From a virus (Duplodnaviria; Heunggongvirae; Uroviricota; Caudoviricetes), in IMG/VR virus record IMGVR_UViG_2698536549_000026: a stretch of DNA of 31,217 nt; one strand, written 5' to 3'. Below, piece by piece: positions 18,365 to 26,243 of this stretch. The notes below the pieces were generated by a model. It was not told the origin of the DNA and did not search any database. It saw only the letters and a list, made by a program, of their open reading frames with translations. Positions within the stretch are counted from its first letter, which is position 1. Every line of letters starts with the position of its first letter. Position numbers and translations under genes: made by a program.

Positions 18365-18509
18365 CGTGGCCTCTTTTACGTGAAAATCTGAAGAACTCCG
18401 GTGAGTGTCGGGATTTTTACGGCAGGGGGCTACTGGATTAATTCGGTTGCATTCGGATAACACGGAATAGCCGAACACAGCCGAAATTTTCTGCCTGAAT
18501 GCGGGCCGG
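18365..18509. promoter_or_regulatory. divergent late promoter region between O (minus) and P (plus)
   Basis: 145-bp intergenic region between divergent late operons, as in P2 PO/PP. Contains imperfect dyad ATTCGGTTGCATTCGG ... CCGAACACAGCCGAAAT (18441-18487). Confidence 0.5.
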
Positions 18510-20336
18510 ATGCGCCGCCATAATGGGCGCATGGCTAAATATTCTGACGAAATCAAAGAGGCGGCGCGATCGCTTTACCTGAAGCGGTGGCACCCCCGCG
18601 ATATTGCGGCGGAACTCGGTATTCCGCCGCGCACGGTTTACCACTGGTGTGATGTGGGGCAGTGGGCTACCCTGCTGCCCGCTGAATCCGTTGAGGACGT
18701 GATCGCCCGGCGTATTGATGTGCTGACCGGACGGGAGGGCAAGACAGAGTGTGAACTTGCCGAACTGCGTGAACTTATCGCGCAGCACGTGAAGATCATC
18801 GCCCAGAAAAACAAACACGCTGAAAGGATGGCGGAAATTGCCGCCCTGCGTCCGGCAGGGTATGAGGACGGCGCGGCTGCGGGGACCTGCGGCGGGGGAG
18901 AAGGGAAAAAGCGGCGCTACCGGAAAAACGACGTTTCCGGACTGACTGCTGAAATGCTGGATGAATGGGCGCGTAAAAAACTTTATGCCTACCAACTGCA
19001 CTGCCGCGAGAACCGGCACCGTGAGCGCCGTTTCATCCTCAAGAGCCGCCAGATCGGCATGACCTGGTATTTTGCATGGGAGGCGTTCGAAGATGCGGTG
19101 GTGACCGGTGATAACCAGATTTTCTTTTCTGCGTCACGGGTACAGGCGGAAATCTTCCGTGAATATATTATTAACTTCGCCCTGCAGTTCGGGATCACGC
19201 TCACGGGTAAACATATCCGTCTGAGCAATGGTGCAATGCTGCGTTTCCTGTCCACCAATGCCAGTACCGCCCAGGGATTTAACGGCCACCTTTACGGCGA
19301 TGAGGTGTTCTGGATCCCAAAATTCACGCGACTGCATGAAGTGGCCTCGGCAATGGCGACCCACGACAAATACCGCACGACGTATTTTTCCACACCCAGC
19401 GCCAAAACCCACCAGGCTTATCTGGTCTGGAATGGTGACGACTGGCGCGGGGATGACCCGGCGCGTCGTGCTGTTGAGTTTCCGAAAGAAAGCGCGATGC
19501 GTGTGGGCTGTGAATGCCCTGACGGGATCTGGCGCTACATTATCCGGCTGGAAGAGGCGGTGGCGGGTGGCCTGTCTGCTCGGGTTGATATTGAACGTAT
19601 CAGGAACCGCTACAATCCGACCACTTACGCGATGCTGTACGGCTGCGAGTTTGTTGACAGCAAGGATGCGGTATTTAAGTTCTCCGAACTGGTCAGGTGC
19701 GAGGTGGAGATGGAGACGTGGGGTGACTACGATCCCACGGCGGCACGTCCGTTCGGCAATCGTGAGGTGTGGGCGGGCTTTGACCCGTCAAGGTCCGGGG
19801 ATAATTCCACGTTTGTAATTGTGGCTCCGCCTGTCCATGAGGGCGAGCGGTTCCGTGTGCTCGCCGTCTGGCAGTGGCAGGGATTTAACTTCACCTGGCA
19901 GGCCGATCAGATTCGCGAACTGATGCAGCGTTTTAACATTACCTATATCGGCATAGATATCACCGGTATCGGGAAAGGGGTGTTTGATATCGTCAGTCGC
20001 TTTGCGCCACGTGAGGCTAACGCCATTCTTTACAGCGTGGAGAGCAAAAACCGCCTGGTGATGAAAATGATAGACGTGGTGGCCCATAAGCGTATCGAGT
20101 GGGCGAAAGACGCCATTGATGAGGCCAGCCGTGAACGCACGGAGATCCCCGCGTCGTTCATGTCCATACGCCGCACCACCACAAAAAGCGGTAACGCGCT
20201 GACGTTCGTGGCGGAACGGTCGGATGTTACGGGGCATGCGGATGTGTTTTTTGCCATTTCGCACGCCGTGATTAATGAGCCTGTAGATTATGACTATGAA
20301 CGCCCGTCCACATGGGCCTTCGGGAAAGCCGCATGA
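18510..20336 (+). CDS. P: terminase large (ATPase) subunit, P2 gpP family
   Basis: 608 aa with N-terminal HTH-like segment (RDIAAELGIPPRTVYHWC) and terminase ATPase/nuclease body. Divergent from O and followed by Q exactly as in P2. Start could be the ATG at 18531. Confidence 0.9.
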   Translation: MRRHNGRMAKYSDEIKEAARSLYLKRWHPRDIAAELGIPPRTVYHWCDVGQWATLLPAESVEDVIARRIDVLTGREGKTECELAELRELIAQHVKIIAQKNKHAERMAEIAALRPAGYEDGAAAGTCGGGEGKKRRYRKNDVSGLTAEMLDEWARKKLYAYQLHCRENRHRERRFILKSRQIGMTWYFAWEAFEDAVVTGDNQIFFSASRVQAEIFREYIINFALQFGITLTGKHIRLSNGAMLRFLSTNASTAQGFNGHLYGDEVFWIPKFTRLHEVASAMATHDKYRTTYFSTPSAKTHQAYLVWNGDDWRGDDPARRAVEFPKESAMRVGCECPDGIWRYIIRLEEAVAGGLSARVDIERIRNRYNPTTYAMLYGCEFVDSKDAVFKFSELVRCEVEMETWGDYDPTAARPFGNREVWAGFDPSRSGDNSTFVIVAPPVHEGERFRVLAVWQWQGFNFTWQADQIRELMQRFNITYIGIDITGIGKGVFDIVSRFAPREANAILYSVESKNRLVMKMIDVVAHKRIEWAKDAIDEASRERTEIPASFMSIRRTTTKSGNALTFVAERSDVTGHADVFFAISHAVINEPVDYDYERPSTWAFGKAA

Positions 20337-21385
20337 GCAAGAAACGCAGAAACAAAACGTCACGCGTGACGAAAAAAGCATTCACGCCCGCACGTGGCAG
20401 CACAATCACGTTTGGTCAGCCGGAACCGGTGCTGACCACCGGCACGGACTACCATAACATCTGGTATGACAACGAACACAACCACTGGCAGCTGCCGATT
20501 AACCGCCTGGCACTGGCGCAGCTCCCGAACCTTAACGCCCAGCACGGTGGGGTGCTGTATGCCCGCCGTAACATGGTGGCGGGGGGCTATACCGGTGGTG
20601 GCCTCACAACGGACCAGATGGAACAGGCGGTATTTGACTACCTGTTGTTCGGCGATCTCGCCCTGCTCAAGGTGCGTAACGTATTCGGCGACGTCGTGGC
20701 ACTTGAGCCGCTTCCGTCGCTGTATCTCCGGCGCCGCAAAACCGGTGAGTTCGTGGTGCTTCAGGAAGGCCCCGCGCTGGTCTATACGCCGGAAGATATT
20801 ATCTTTCTGCGGATGTATGATCCGCGTCAGCAAATTTACGGGCTGCCGGATTATATCGGTGGCATTCACTCGGCGCTGCTGAACAGCGAGGCCAGCCTTT
20901 TTCGTCGCCGTTACTACAACAACGGGGCGCATATGGGGTTTTTGCTGTATACGAACGACCCGGGGATCACCACGGAGATGGAGGATGAGATCCGCGAGAA
21001 GGTGGCGGAGTCTAAGGGGCTGGGAAATTTCCGCAATCTGTACATCAACATCCCCAAAGGTTCGCCGGATGGGGTGAAAATTATTCCGATTGGTGAGGTG
21101 AGCGCCAAGGATGAATTTTCAAACATCAAGGGGATCAGCGCCCAGGATGTGTTTACGGCACACCGCTTTCCTGCCGGTCTTGCGGGGATCATCCCCACGA
21201 ACGGGGCCACCATCCCTAACCCGGAAACGACGCGTGAAACGTACCGCAAGGATGAGGTGATACCGCTTCAGCGTAAAATCATGAACTCCGTGAACAGCGA
21301 TCCCGATATACCGGAACACCTTTATCTTCGTTTTGATGCAGACGCCGGGCATGTGGCGGAAGAAAAAGTGGTGCCGGTCGGGTAA
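20333..21385 (+). CDS. Q: portal protein, P2 gpQ family
   Basis: ORF track gives 20312..21385. ATG at 20333 (MSKKRRNKTSR...) forms an ATGA overlap with the P stop. Size about 350 aa and position fit gpQ. Confidence 0.9.
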   Translation: MSKKRRNKTSRVTKKAFTPARGSTITFGQPEPVLTTGTDYHNIWYDNEHNHWQLPINRLALAQLPNLNAQHGGVLYARRNMVAGGYTGGGLTTDQMEQAVFDYLLFGDLALLKVRNVFGDVVALEPLPSLYLRRRKTGEFVVLQEGPALVYTPEDIIFLRMYDPRQQIYGLPDYIGGIHSALLNSEASLFRRRYYNNGAHMGFLLYTNDPGITTEMEDEIREKVAESKGLGNFRNLYINIPKGSPDGVKIIPIGEVSAKDEFSNIKGISAQDVFTAHRFPAGLAGIIPTNGATIPNPETTRETYRKDEVIPLQRKIMNSVNSDPDIPEHLYLRFDADAGHVAEEKVVPVG

Positions 21386-21422
21386 AATGTCCTCCCCGGG
21401 ATACACGTTATCGGGAGGTAAG

Positions 21423-21686
21423 ATGCGGATTTTTAAAGCCCGGTGTCCGGACTGTGGCGCACCTGCTGTCATCCGGAAGACAGACTGGAAAACCCCTGAA
21501 CTTGCGGATCTGTACTGTGCATGCAGTGATGTCGAATGCGGGCATACCTTCGTCTGTACGATGACCTTTTCCCATACCCTCAGCCCCGGCGCCCGCTCCG
21601 GTCGCAATATGGTGAAGTTTCTTGTTGATGCCATGTGCCCGGAAGATCGCCGGTATGCGCTTGAACTACTGTCGCGGCGTTCCTGA
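21423..21686 (+). CDS. ogr: Ogr/Delta-family zinc-finger late transcription activator
   Basis: 87 aa from ATG at 21423 (GGAGG 8 nt upstream). MRIFKARCPDCGAPAVIRKTDWKTPELADLYCACSDVECGHTF carries the C-x2-C-x22-C-x4-C spacing diagnostic of Ogr. Confidence 0.85.
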   Translation: MRIFKARCPDCGAPAVIRKTDWKTPELADLYCACSDVECGHTFVCTMTFSHTLSPGARSGRNMVKFLVDAMCPEDRRYALELLSRRS

Positions 21687-21712
21687 CGCGCTTCGCTTGT
21701 CTGCTGCTTCGC

Positions 21713-21737
21713 CGGGGCAAAAAGAATTTTTGCCCCG
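21713..21737. terminator. perfect 11-bp inverted repeat (CGGGGCAAAAA-gaa-TTTTTGCCCCG) between convergent ogr and early operon
   Basis: Read directly. Sits in the 65-bp gap between two convergent transcription units. No clean U-tract on either side, so terminator function is inferred only. Confidence 0.35.
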
Positions 21738-21751
21738 ACTCACCAGCTCCT

Positions 21752-22078
21752 TTAACGGAATGCAGCGCCGTAGATAAACAGAATTCGCTTCATGATTTCG
21801 CTGCGCTTGCAGGCTTCGATGACTGATTTTTCCTGCTGCTGTTCAGCCCGTTGCGCCAGTTCCTGTCGTTCCTTTTCCGTTGGCTTCCGGTAATGCGTTA
21901 TCTTGTCCGTGTACCCGTCCACAACCAGCAACCCTTCCCGTACCATTTTTCCGGCGGCCTGATTAATGACGGTTCTTTTCACGCCCAGTTTTTCTACCAG
22001 TTCTGGGGCGCTGAAACGTGCGTGCGTTTCCAGGTAGCGTAAAATGATTTCCTTTCCGGTCATTCCTGGGGTCTTCAT
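21752..22078 (-). CDS. small winged-helix-like DNA-binding protein, last gene of the early operon
   Basis: ORF track gives 21752..22147. ATG at 22078 has AGGAG upstream and an ATGA overlap with the preceding gene, giving 108 aa. Segment KEIILRYLETHARFSAPELVEKLGVKRTVINQAAGKMVREGLLVV looks like a winged HTH. Confidence 0.5.
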   Translation of the reverse strand: MKTPGMTGKEIILRYLETHARFSAPELVEKLGVKRTVINQAAGKMVREGLLVVDGYTDKITHYRKPTEKERQELAQRAEQQQEKSVIEACKRSEIMKRILFIYGAAFR

Positions 22079-22245
22079 TTGGCGGCTCCTTCGTTGTTCC
22101 GGCGTTCCCGGAGTTCGGTCAGTGCTGCCAGTAAATTCTCCCACCATGTTTCTTCCACGACCGGGTTTTGTCGTGAAAGCAGCTGCTGCGCCGACTCAAT
22201 CATTTTCGTAAGCTCTCTGTCGCTGATCCTCCTGGTGCTGTTCAT
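22075..22245 (-). CDS. small hypothetical protein (about 57 aa)
   Basis: ORF track gives 22075..22284. In-frame ATG at 22245 has AAGGAG 7 nt upstream. Charged, helical-looking. No recognisable family. Confidence 0.4.
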   Translation of the reverse strand: MNSTRRISDRELTKMIESAQQLLSRQNPVVEETWWENLLAALTELRERRNNEGAAK

Positions 22246-22293
22246 GGTGCGCTCCTTTAGTTGGCTGTTTCTGGTTATGTTCATGGTCTTTGT

Positions 22294-22698
22294 TTACCTG
22301 CGTGATTGTCTGCCAGCGGCTGAATGCACATAGCGGGCAATTGCCGCTTTGCGGTTAATCGATGCCAGTGTTCTGGTCAGTTCTGCGTTGTGTTTGTGTG
22401 CCTGCTCTTCGTGGTACTGCCGCATGATTTTTCCGGCAGGCGTGAGCGGCTCCGGCTCTCCGGGCGGACGGCGCGGACGAACGGCGACAAGCCAGCTGCG
22501 GTTGGTGCTGTCCGGTCGTCCGTTGAGTATGTCGGTGATGATGGCCGTGGTGGTGCGATCGGGACTGACGACCGTGATTTCCAGCTCATCGCCCGGTTGT
22601 GGCCCCGTGGCAATGTTGTTCAGGGTCAGTAAGGGCGTGCGCTGGCGCATCATTTCGTCAAAACGCTGGCGCTGCATGGCGCAATAAAAGCGGGTCAT
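22294..22698 (-). CDS. hypothetical protein translationally coupled to replication gene A
   Basis: 134 aa. ATG overlaps the A stop (ATGA at 22695-22698) with GGAGG 8 nt upstream. No recognisable motif. Confidence 0.5.
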   Translation of the reverse strand: MTRFYCAMQRQRFDEMMRQRTPLLTLNNIATGPQPGDELEITVVSPDRTTTAIITDILNGRPDSTNRSWLVAVRPRRPPGEPEPLTPAGKIMRQYHEEQAHKHNAELTRTLASINRKAAIARYVHSAAGRQSRR

Positions 22699-25223
22699 TG
22701 TGGCGCCTCCGTATTCGGTGCGGGGGTGATATCAATGCGGCGGGTGCTGTCATTCCAGTACGCGGTGCGTCCGTCAGCCAGGCGCACGCGGGCACCGTGA
22801 CGGACGGAAACGACGGCGCTTTCATGCAGCTGCACGCCCAGCGCATCAAGCTCGCGGGTGATTTGTGCGGTGATGTGTGGCTCAGCGGTCAGTGCGACAC
22901 TCACGCGAACGCCGCCAGCGGACGCACTGATGCCGCCGTTTTTCACGGTTTCCGTGTCAGGTTGCGGGTTTTTCAACTGCCTGGTGAGTTGTTTTCGCTC
23001 TGTGGGGGTCAGTGACCTTAACCATTCACCCAAATCACCTTCCGGCAGGGTAAGTCGCTGCTCCCTGCGTCCGTCCGGCTGCCTTTCTGGCGGGTCGTTT
23101 ATGGTCAGATTCTGGTCAGGGGGACAGTTATTGCCACGAGTCCAAGGTGCGGCAAAGCCGCACTCAACGTCAAAACCCTCGTCCGTGCGGTCTTCGTTTT
23201 CCGGCTTACGTCTGACCAGTTTCCAGGTGTCCGGGTGGGTGCATATGGTGTAGCGCTCCCCGAGTGACGGGGCGCGGACGCCGTAAATGCGTTGCGGGAA
23301 TTCGCCGTAGTCGTTGGCCTCTTCGGCAGTTTCGTATGCGGTGCGGACCAGGTACGTGTTGCGGGGAATGAGCACACCACCCTGGCGGGTGATATAGGTG
23401 GCAAAACATCCCACGTCGGCGGCGGCCAGTATGGCGTCAATGTCGTCATGGTCCAGACGCTGCGGGGCAGCCGGGTTACGGGCCATTTGCCCGGCAAGAC
23501 GGCGGAGTTCGCGCCATACCTGGCGGGGAGGGATACCGAAGAACTGGAACTGGTGGATGCGGTGAAGGCCTGCCCAGCCGATGGCGTTCTCCACGGTTTC
23601 GGCCATGGTTTTGCCTGATTCCTTATCGACGTAAGGTTTGCCGGTTTTCGGGTCATTCCCCATGAAGGTGCTGGCGTCCAGGTTCTTACCGATATAGGTC
23701 GCGATATAGCTTGTCGGTGTGCCTTTTGCCGGGTCGATTTTTTTGCATTTAAAACGCGGGGAGATATCATCACCCAGCTCTGCGCGGTCCTCCCTGATGG
23801 CGGCGTTGCGCATGATTTCAGTGATACGGGCTTCGTTTTCCTGGCTGGTGAATACCAGCATGTGCCAGTGCGGTGTACCGTCGTGGTGGGGCTCCACGGT
23901 GCGCACGCCGTACCAGCCCAGCCCGGCCTTGTCGATGGCCCTGCGGACGGCGGCGAAAAAGCGGTAAACCAGATAATCACTGGCATCGCGTACCGTTGCT
24001 CCGCAGTATTTCGGGTTCAGGCTGCCGTCATCGTTCACGCTGTGAAAACGGGAAGGGGCTGTGACGGTGACGAAAAACGCCACGTCGCCGCGTGCTTCGG
24101 CGACCTGCTCCATTCCCCGGGCGCAGGTCATCATCTCGTTACGGCGGTTACGCGGATTAGAGAGACCTGCCCAGTAGATATCCTCAAGGCTGAACCGTTC
24201 TCCCTCTTCGTTCTCGATGTCCCAGGCCTTCAGAAAATCGCGGGTGCGCTGGCGTTTTTCGCGCCAGTCCAGTAACGCTTCATGGCTGATATATACCGAT
24301 GTCTTACGTGACACCAGACCTGCGGCGCGTAACAGTTCTTCACGCCAGATGTCCCGGAGGTGTCTTAACTGACTGTTCCACCATGTCGCACAGGAAAGGC
24401 GCATGACCGCACCCGGCACCCGTTCCGGGTCGGGGTCGGTGCGGCGGTCGGGCCTGATTTCCAGCGACGGCCAGCAGGGTGGCGTGATACCCAGTTTTAA
24501 CGCCATGTGTGCCAGTGGCTGGTAGGTCAGTAACCAGGTGAGCAGGTCATCGTCACCCCTGCCGGTCTTTTCGATGACTTCATCACATGCGCGCTCCAGT
24601 GCGGTGGAAAACGCGGTGGCGGTCAGGGTGGCAAGGCGCTGGATTTCGTCACGGCTCAGCTGTGGCAGCATAAGCAGTTCATCCAGCCGTTTGCGCGCGG
24701 CGGTGGCCTTAAAGGCCGGGGTGGCAAAGCGTTCATTCACACGGGCGATACGTTTCAGGCGGGCACGCAGCCCGTGACGAACGAAGTTATCCGCCGCATA
24801 TGCGCTGTTATTCTTAAGCCCTTCCCGGCGTGCGCTCTCCTGTTTGCGGCTCAGGCGCGCCAGGTCACGGATGAGCGGACCGGCAAGAAACGGCGGCAGG
24901 GCGCGCAGCTCTGCCATGGCTTCAGATACCAGTGTTGGCGGATTCTCGTGTTTGTGCCGCGCCAGTTTTTCCAGCCTGATCCGACGCTCTTCGTCGTGGT
25001 AAAGATGCGAATTAATTCGCTTCCCTTCGTCTGTGGTTGTCAGGAAGGCGACGGTTTCTTCATCCAGTCTGGCGTCAGTGCGAATATCCTCGTTGATGTA
25101 GCTCTGAATGGCCTGGCGTAATGCGGTTGGCTGCGCTCTGCCGAACGTTTCAGGATCGATAACCGGTAGCGGGGCGTTCCACGGGTACGCCAGTTGTGCA
25201 TTATGGTCGCTCATGCGTCGCAC
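22695..25223 (-). CDS. A: replication initiation protein (P2 gpA family rolling-circle endonuclease)
   Basis: 842 aa. Contains HUH-type motif (TPHWHMLVF) and catalytic-tyrosine region (TSYIATYIGKNLD) characteristic of the P2 A family. Confidence 0.9.
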   Translation of the reverse strand: MRRMSDHNAQLAYPWNAPLPVIDPETFGRAQPTALRQAIQSYINEDIRTDARLDEETVAFLTTTDEGKRINSHLYHDEERRIRLEKLARHKHENPPTLVSEAMAELRALPPFLAGPLIRDLARLSRKQESARREGLKNNSAYAADNFVRHGLRARLKRIARVNERFATPAFKATAARKRLDELLMLPQLSRDEIQRLATLTATAFSTALERACDEVIEKTGRGDDDLLTWLLTYQPLAHMALKLGITPPCWPSLEIRPDRRTDPDPERVPGAVMRLSCATWWNSQLRHLRDIWREELLRAAGLVSRKTSVYISHEALLDWREKRQRTRDFLKAWDIENEEGERFSLEDIYWAGLSNPRNRRNEMMTCARGMEQVAEARGDVAFFVTVTAPSRFHSVNDDGSLNPKYCGATVRDASDYLVYRFFAAVRRAIDKAGLGWYGVRTVEPHHDGTPHWHMLVFTSQENEARITEIMRNAAIREDRAELGDDISPRFKCKKIDPAKGTPTSYIATYIGKNLDASTFMGNDPKTGKPYVDKESGKTMAETVENAIGWAGLHRIHQFQFFGIPPRQVWRELRRLAGQMARNPAAPQRLDHDDIDAILAAADVGCFATYITRQGGVLIPRNTYLVRTAYETAEEANDYGEFPQRIYGVRAPSLGERYTICTHPDTWKLVRRKPENEDRTDEGFDVECGFAAPWTRGNNCPPDQNLTINDPPERQPDGRREQRLTLPEGDLGEWLRSLTPTERKQLTRQLKNPQPDTETVKNGGISASAGGVRVSVALTAEPHITAQITRELDALGVQLHESAVVSVRHGARVRLADGRTAYWNDSTRRIDITPAPNTEAPQ

Positions 25224-25627
25224 TCCCCGGCAGTCGCCGCCTGAAACGCCGCGCGGTACAGCACGAGAAGGCGCTGGTATTCACCGATAAAGTCTTCTGC
25301 GGTGTATATACCTTTCACGGCCACGCTGTGGTTTGTCATTTCCAGAACAAGCGTCATCTCTGACGACGACCAGCTGATGGCGGTGCTGTCGGTTCCGTTG
25401 ATGTGAAATAAACCAAAACCATCACCATCACCTTTCACGTCCACGCGGTAACGGTCGTCAACGGTGAAGGAGAAATCCCCGTATGTGGTGACGCGTCTGG
25501 TGGCCTGTTTACAGGCGCGGCGGTAATAGTCGTGCCAGTCGTTCAGGCGGGAAGCCAGCCGGGGATCCACTGCCCACATCCAGTTAAAAAAGTCCTGAAT
25601 ATCTGAAAGTCCCTTAACGCTCTTCAT
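25211..25627 (-). CDS. hypothetical early protein immediately upstream of A
   Basis: 138 aa. ATG at 25627 has GGAGG about 7 nt upstream. Overlaps the A start by 13 nt. Function unknown. Confidence 0.5.
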   Translation of the reverse strand: MKSVKGLSDIQDFFNWMWAVDPRLASRLNDWHDYYRRACKQATRRVTTYGDFSFTVDDRYRVDVKGDGDGFGLFHINGTDSTAISWSSSEMTLVLEMTNHSVAVKGIYTAEDFIGEYQRLLVLYRAAFQAATAGECDA

Positions 25628-25695
25628 GAGAACCTCCGGTAACAGACGTGCGGAAGCCTCCCGCGCACGGGTGCGGGATGGCTTCAGGATGTTGT

Positions 25696-25923
25696 TTAGT
25701 GGTGGTGTTGCTGGTTGATAAGGTCCTGCAGTTCTGCCAGGTCTTCGGCCAGATAGCTGAAGACTGCCGCGTAATACCCGGCAGCGATACCATCGTTAAG
25801 TCGATGTAATGCGTTTGACTGCATGATGAAGGTGACAGATGCAGCCCGATGGAGTCTGCGGTTAATTTCAGTGCGGATGTGAAGACGCTCAGCGCGGGCG
25901 CGCTGTTGTTTGCGGTTTGCCAT
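25696..25923 (-). CDS. hypothetical small basic protein
   Basis: 75 aa. ATG at 25923 has AAGAGG upstream. Arg-rich N-terminus, ends in HHH. Confidence 0.4.
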   Translation of the reverse strand: MANRKQQRARAERLHIRTEINRRLHRAASVTFIMQSNALHRLNDGIAAGYYAAVFSYLAEDLAELQDLINQQHHH

Positions 25924-25999
25924 GGTGTTTGGCCTCTTGTAGTAAGTTCTGAAAACTCACCAACCCGAGGTTCCAAGCTCAGGGTGGCGAGACGTACAG

Positions 26000-26152
26000 G
26001 GTTGGAACTACCGGCTACAAGAGATCCCGGCCCGACCGAAGTCGGCCCCGTACGCCCCGCCATAATTCTGACGCGAAAAAGACGTGGCGATACAGTACGC
26101 ACAAAAAAACCGCTGGCGCGGTTGTGCGCTCTTGTAGTCGGCGGGGTTCCAA
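26000..26152. repeat. inverted repeats of a two-part motif (CTCTTGTAG-N6/7-GGTTCCAA) flanking about 105 bp, with a third partial direct copy at 25934-25976
   Basis: 26002-26023 TTGGAACTACCGGCTACAAGAG is the reverse complement of a near-copy of 26129-26152 CTCTTGTAGTCGGCGGGGTTCCAA. Both half-motifs recur at 25934-25942 and 25969-25976. Lies in a 320-bp non-coding gap. Confidence 0.6.
26102..26123 (-). terminator. intrinsic terminator-like hairpin on the minus strand inside the early operon
   Basis: Minus-strand sequence AACCGC-GCCA-GCGGTT followed by TTTTTTT (revcomp of 26102-26123). Downstream of the 184-aa gene, upstream of the 75-aa/138-aa/A genes. Confidence 0.5.
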
Positions 26153-26243
26153 TCCCGGCACCCGTTTTATGAGGTGCGGGAAAACTGTAACCCGACCAGG
26201 CGAACGCTGGCAAGCGGTTTTTTTGTGTGTGCATGATGATCAC

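Noticed and set aside
21687-22300. LexA/SOS box (CTGT-N8-ACAG) upstream of the post-A genes, as for 186 tum
   Set aside because: Scanning by eye found no CTGT-N8-ACAG match, and the genes are translationally coupled to A rather than having their own promoter. A computational scan would be needed to be sure.
23105-23986. 293-aa minus-strand ORF in an alternative frame
   Set aside because: Fully internal to replication gene A in a different frame. Pro/Ser/Thr/Arg-rich translation typical of an off-frame artefact.
25969-26155. Possible tRNA or tRNA fragment suggested by GGTTCCAAnCC motifs resembling a T-loop
   Set aside because: No acceptor stem, anticodon arm or CCA context could be built around any copy. 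The putative T-stems are mismatched and position 57 is a pyrimidine. Treated as repeat motifs instead.
25614-26243. 209-aa minus-strand ORF spanning the non-coding gap
   Set aside because: Low-complexity translation, overlaps the better-supported 75-aa gene in another frame, and covers a region full of hairpins and repeats. More plausibly non-coding.
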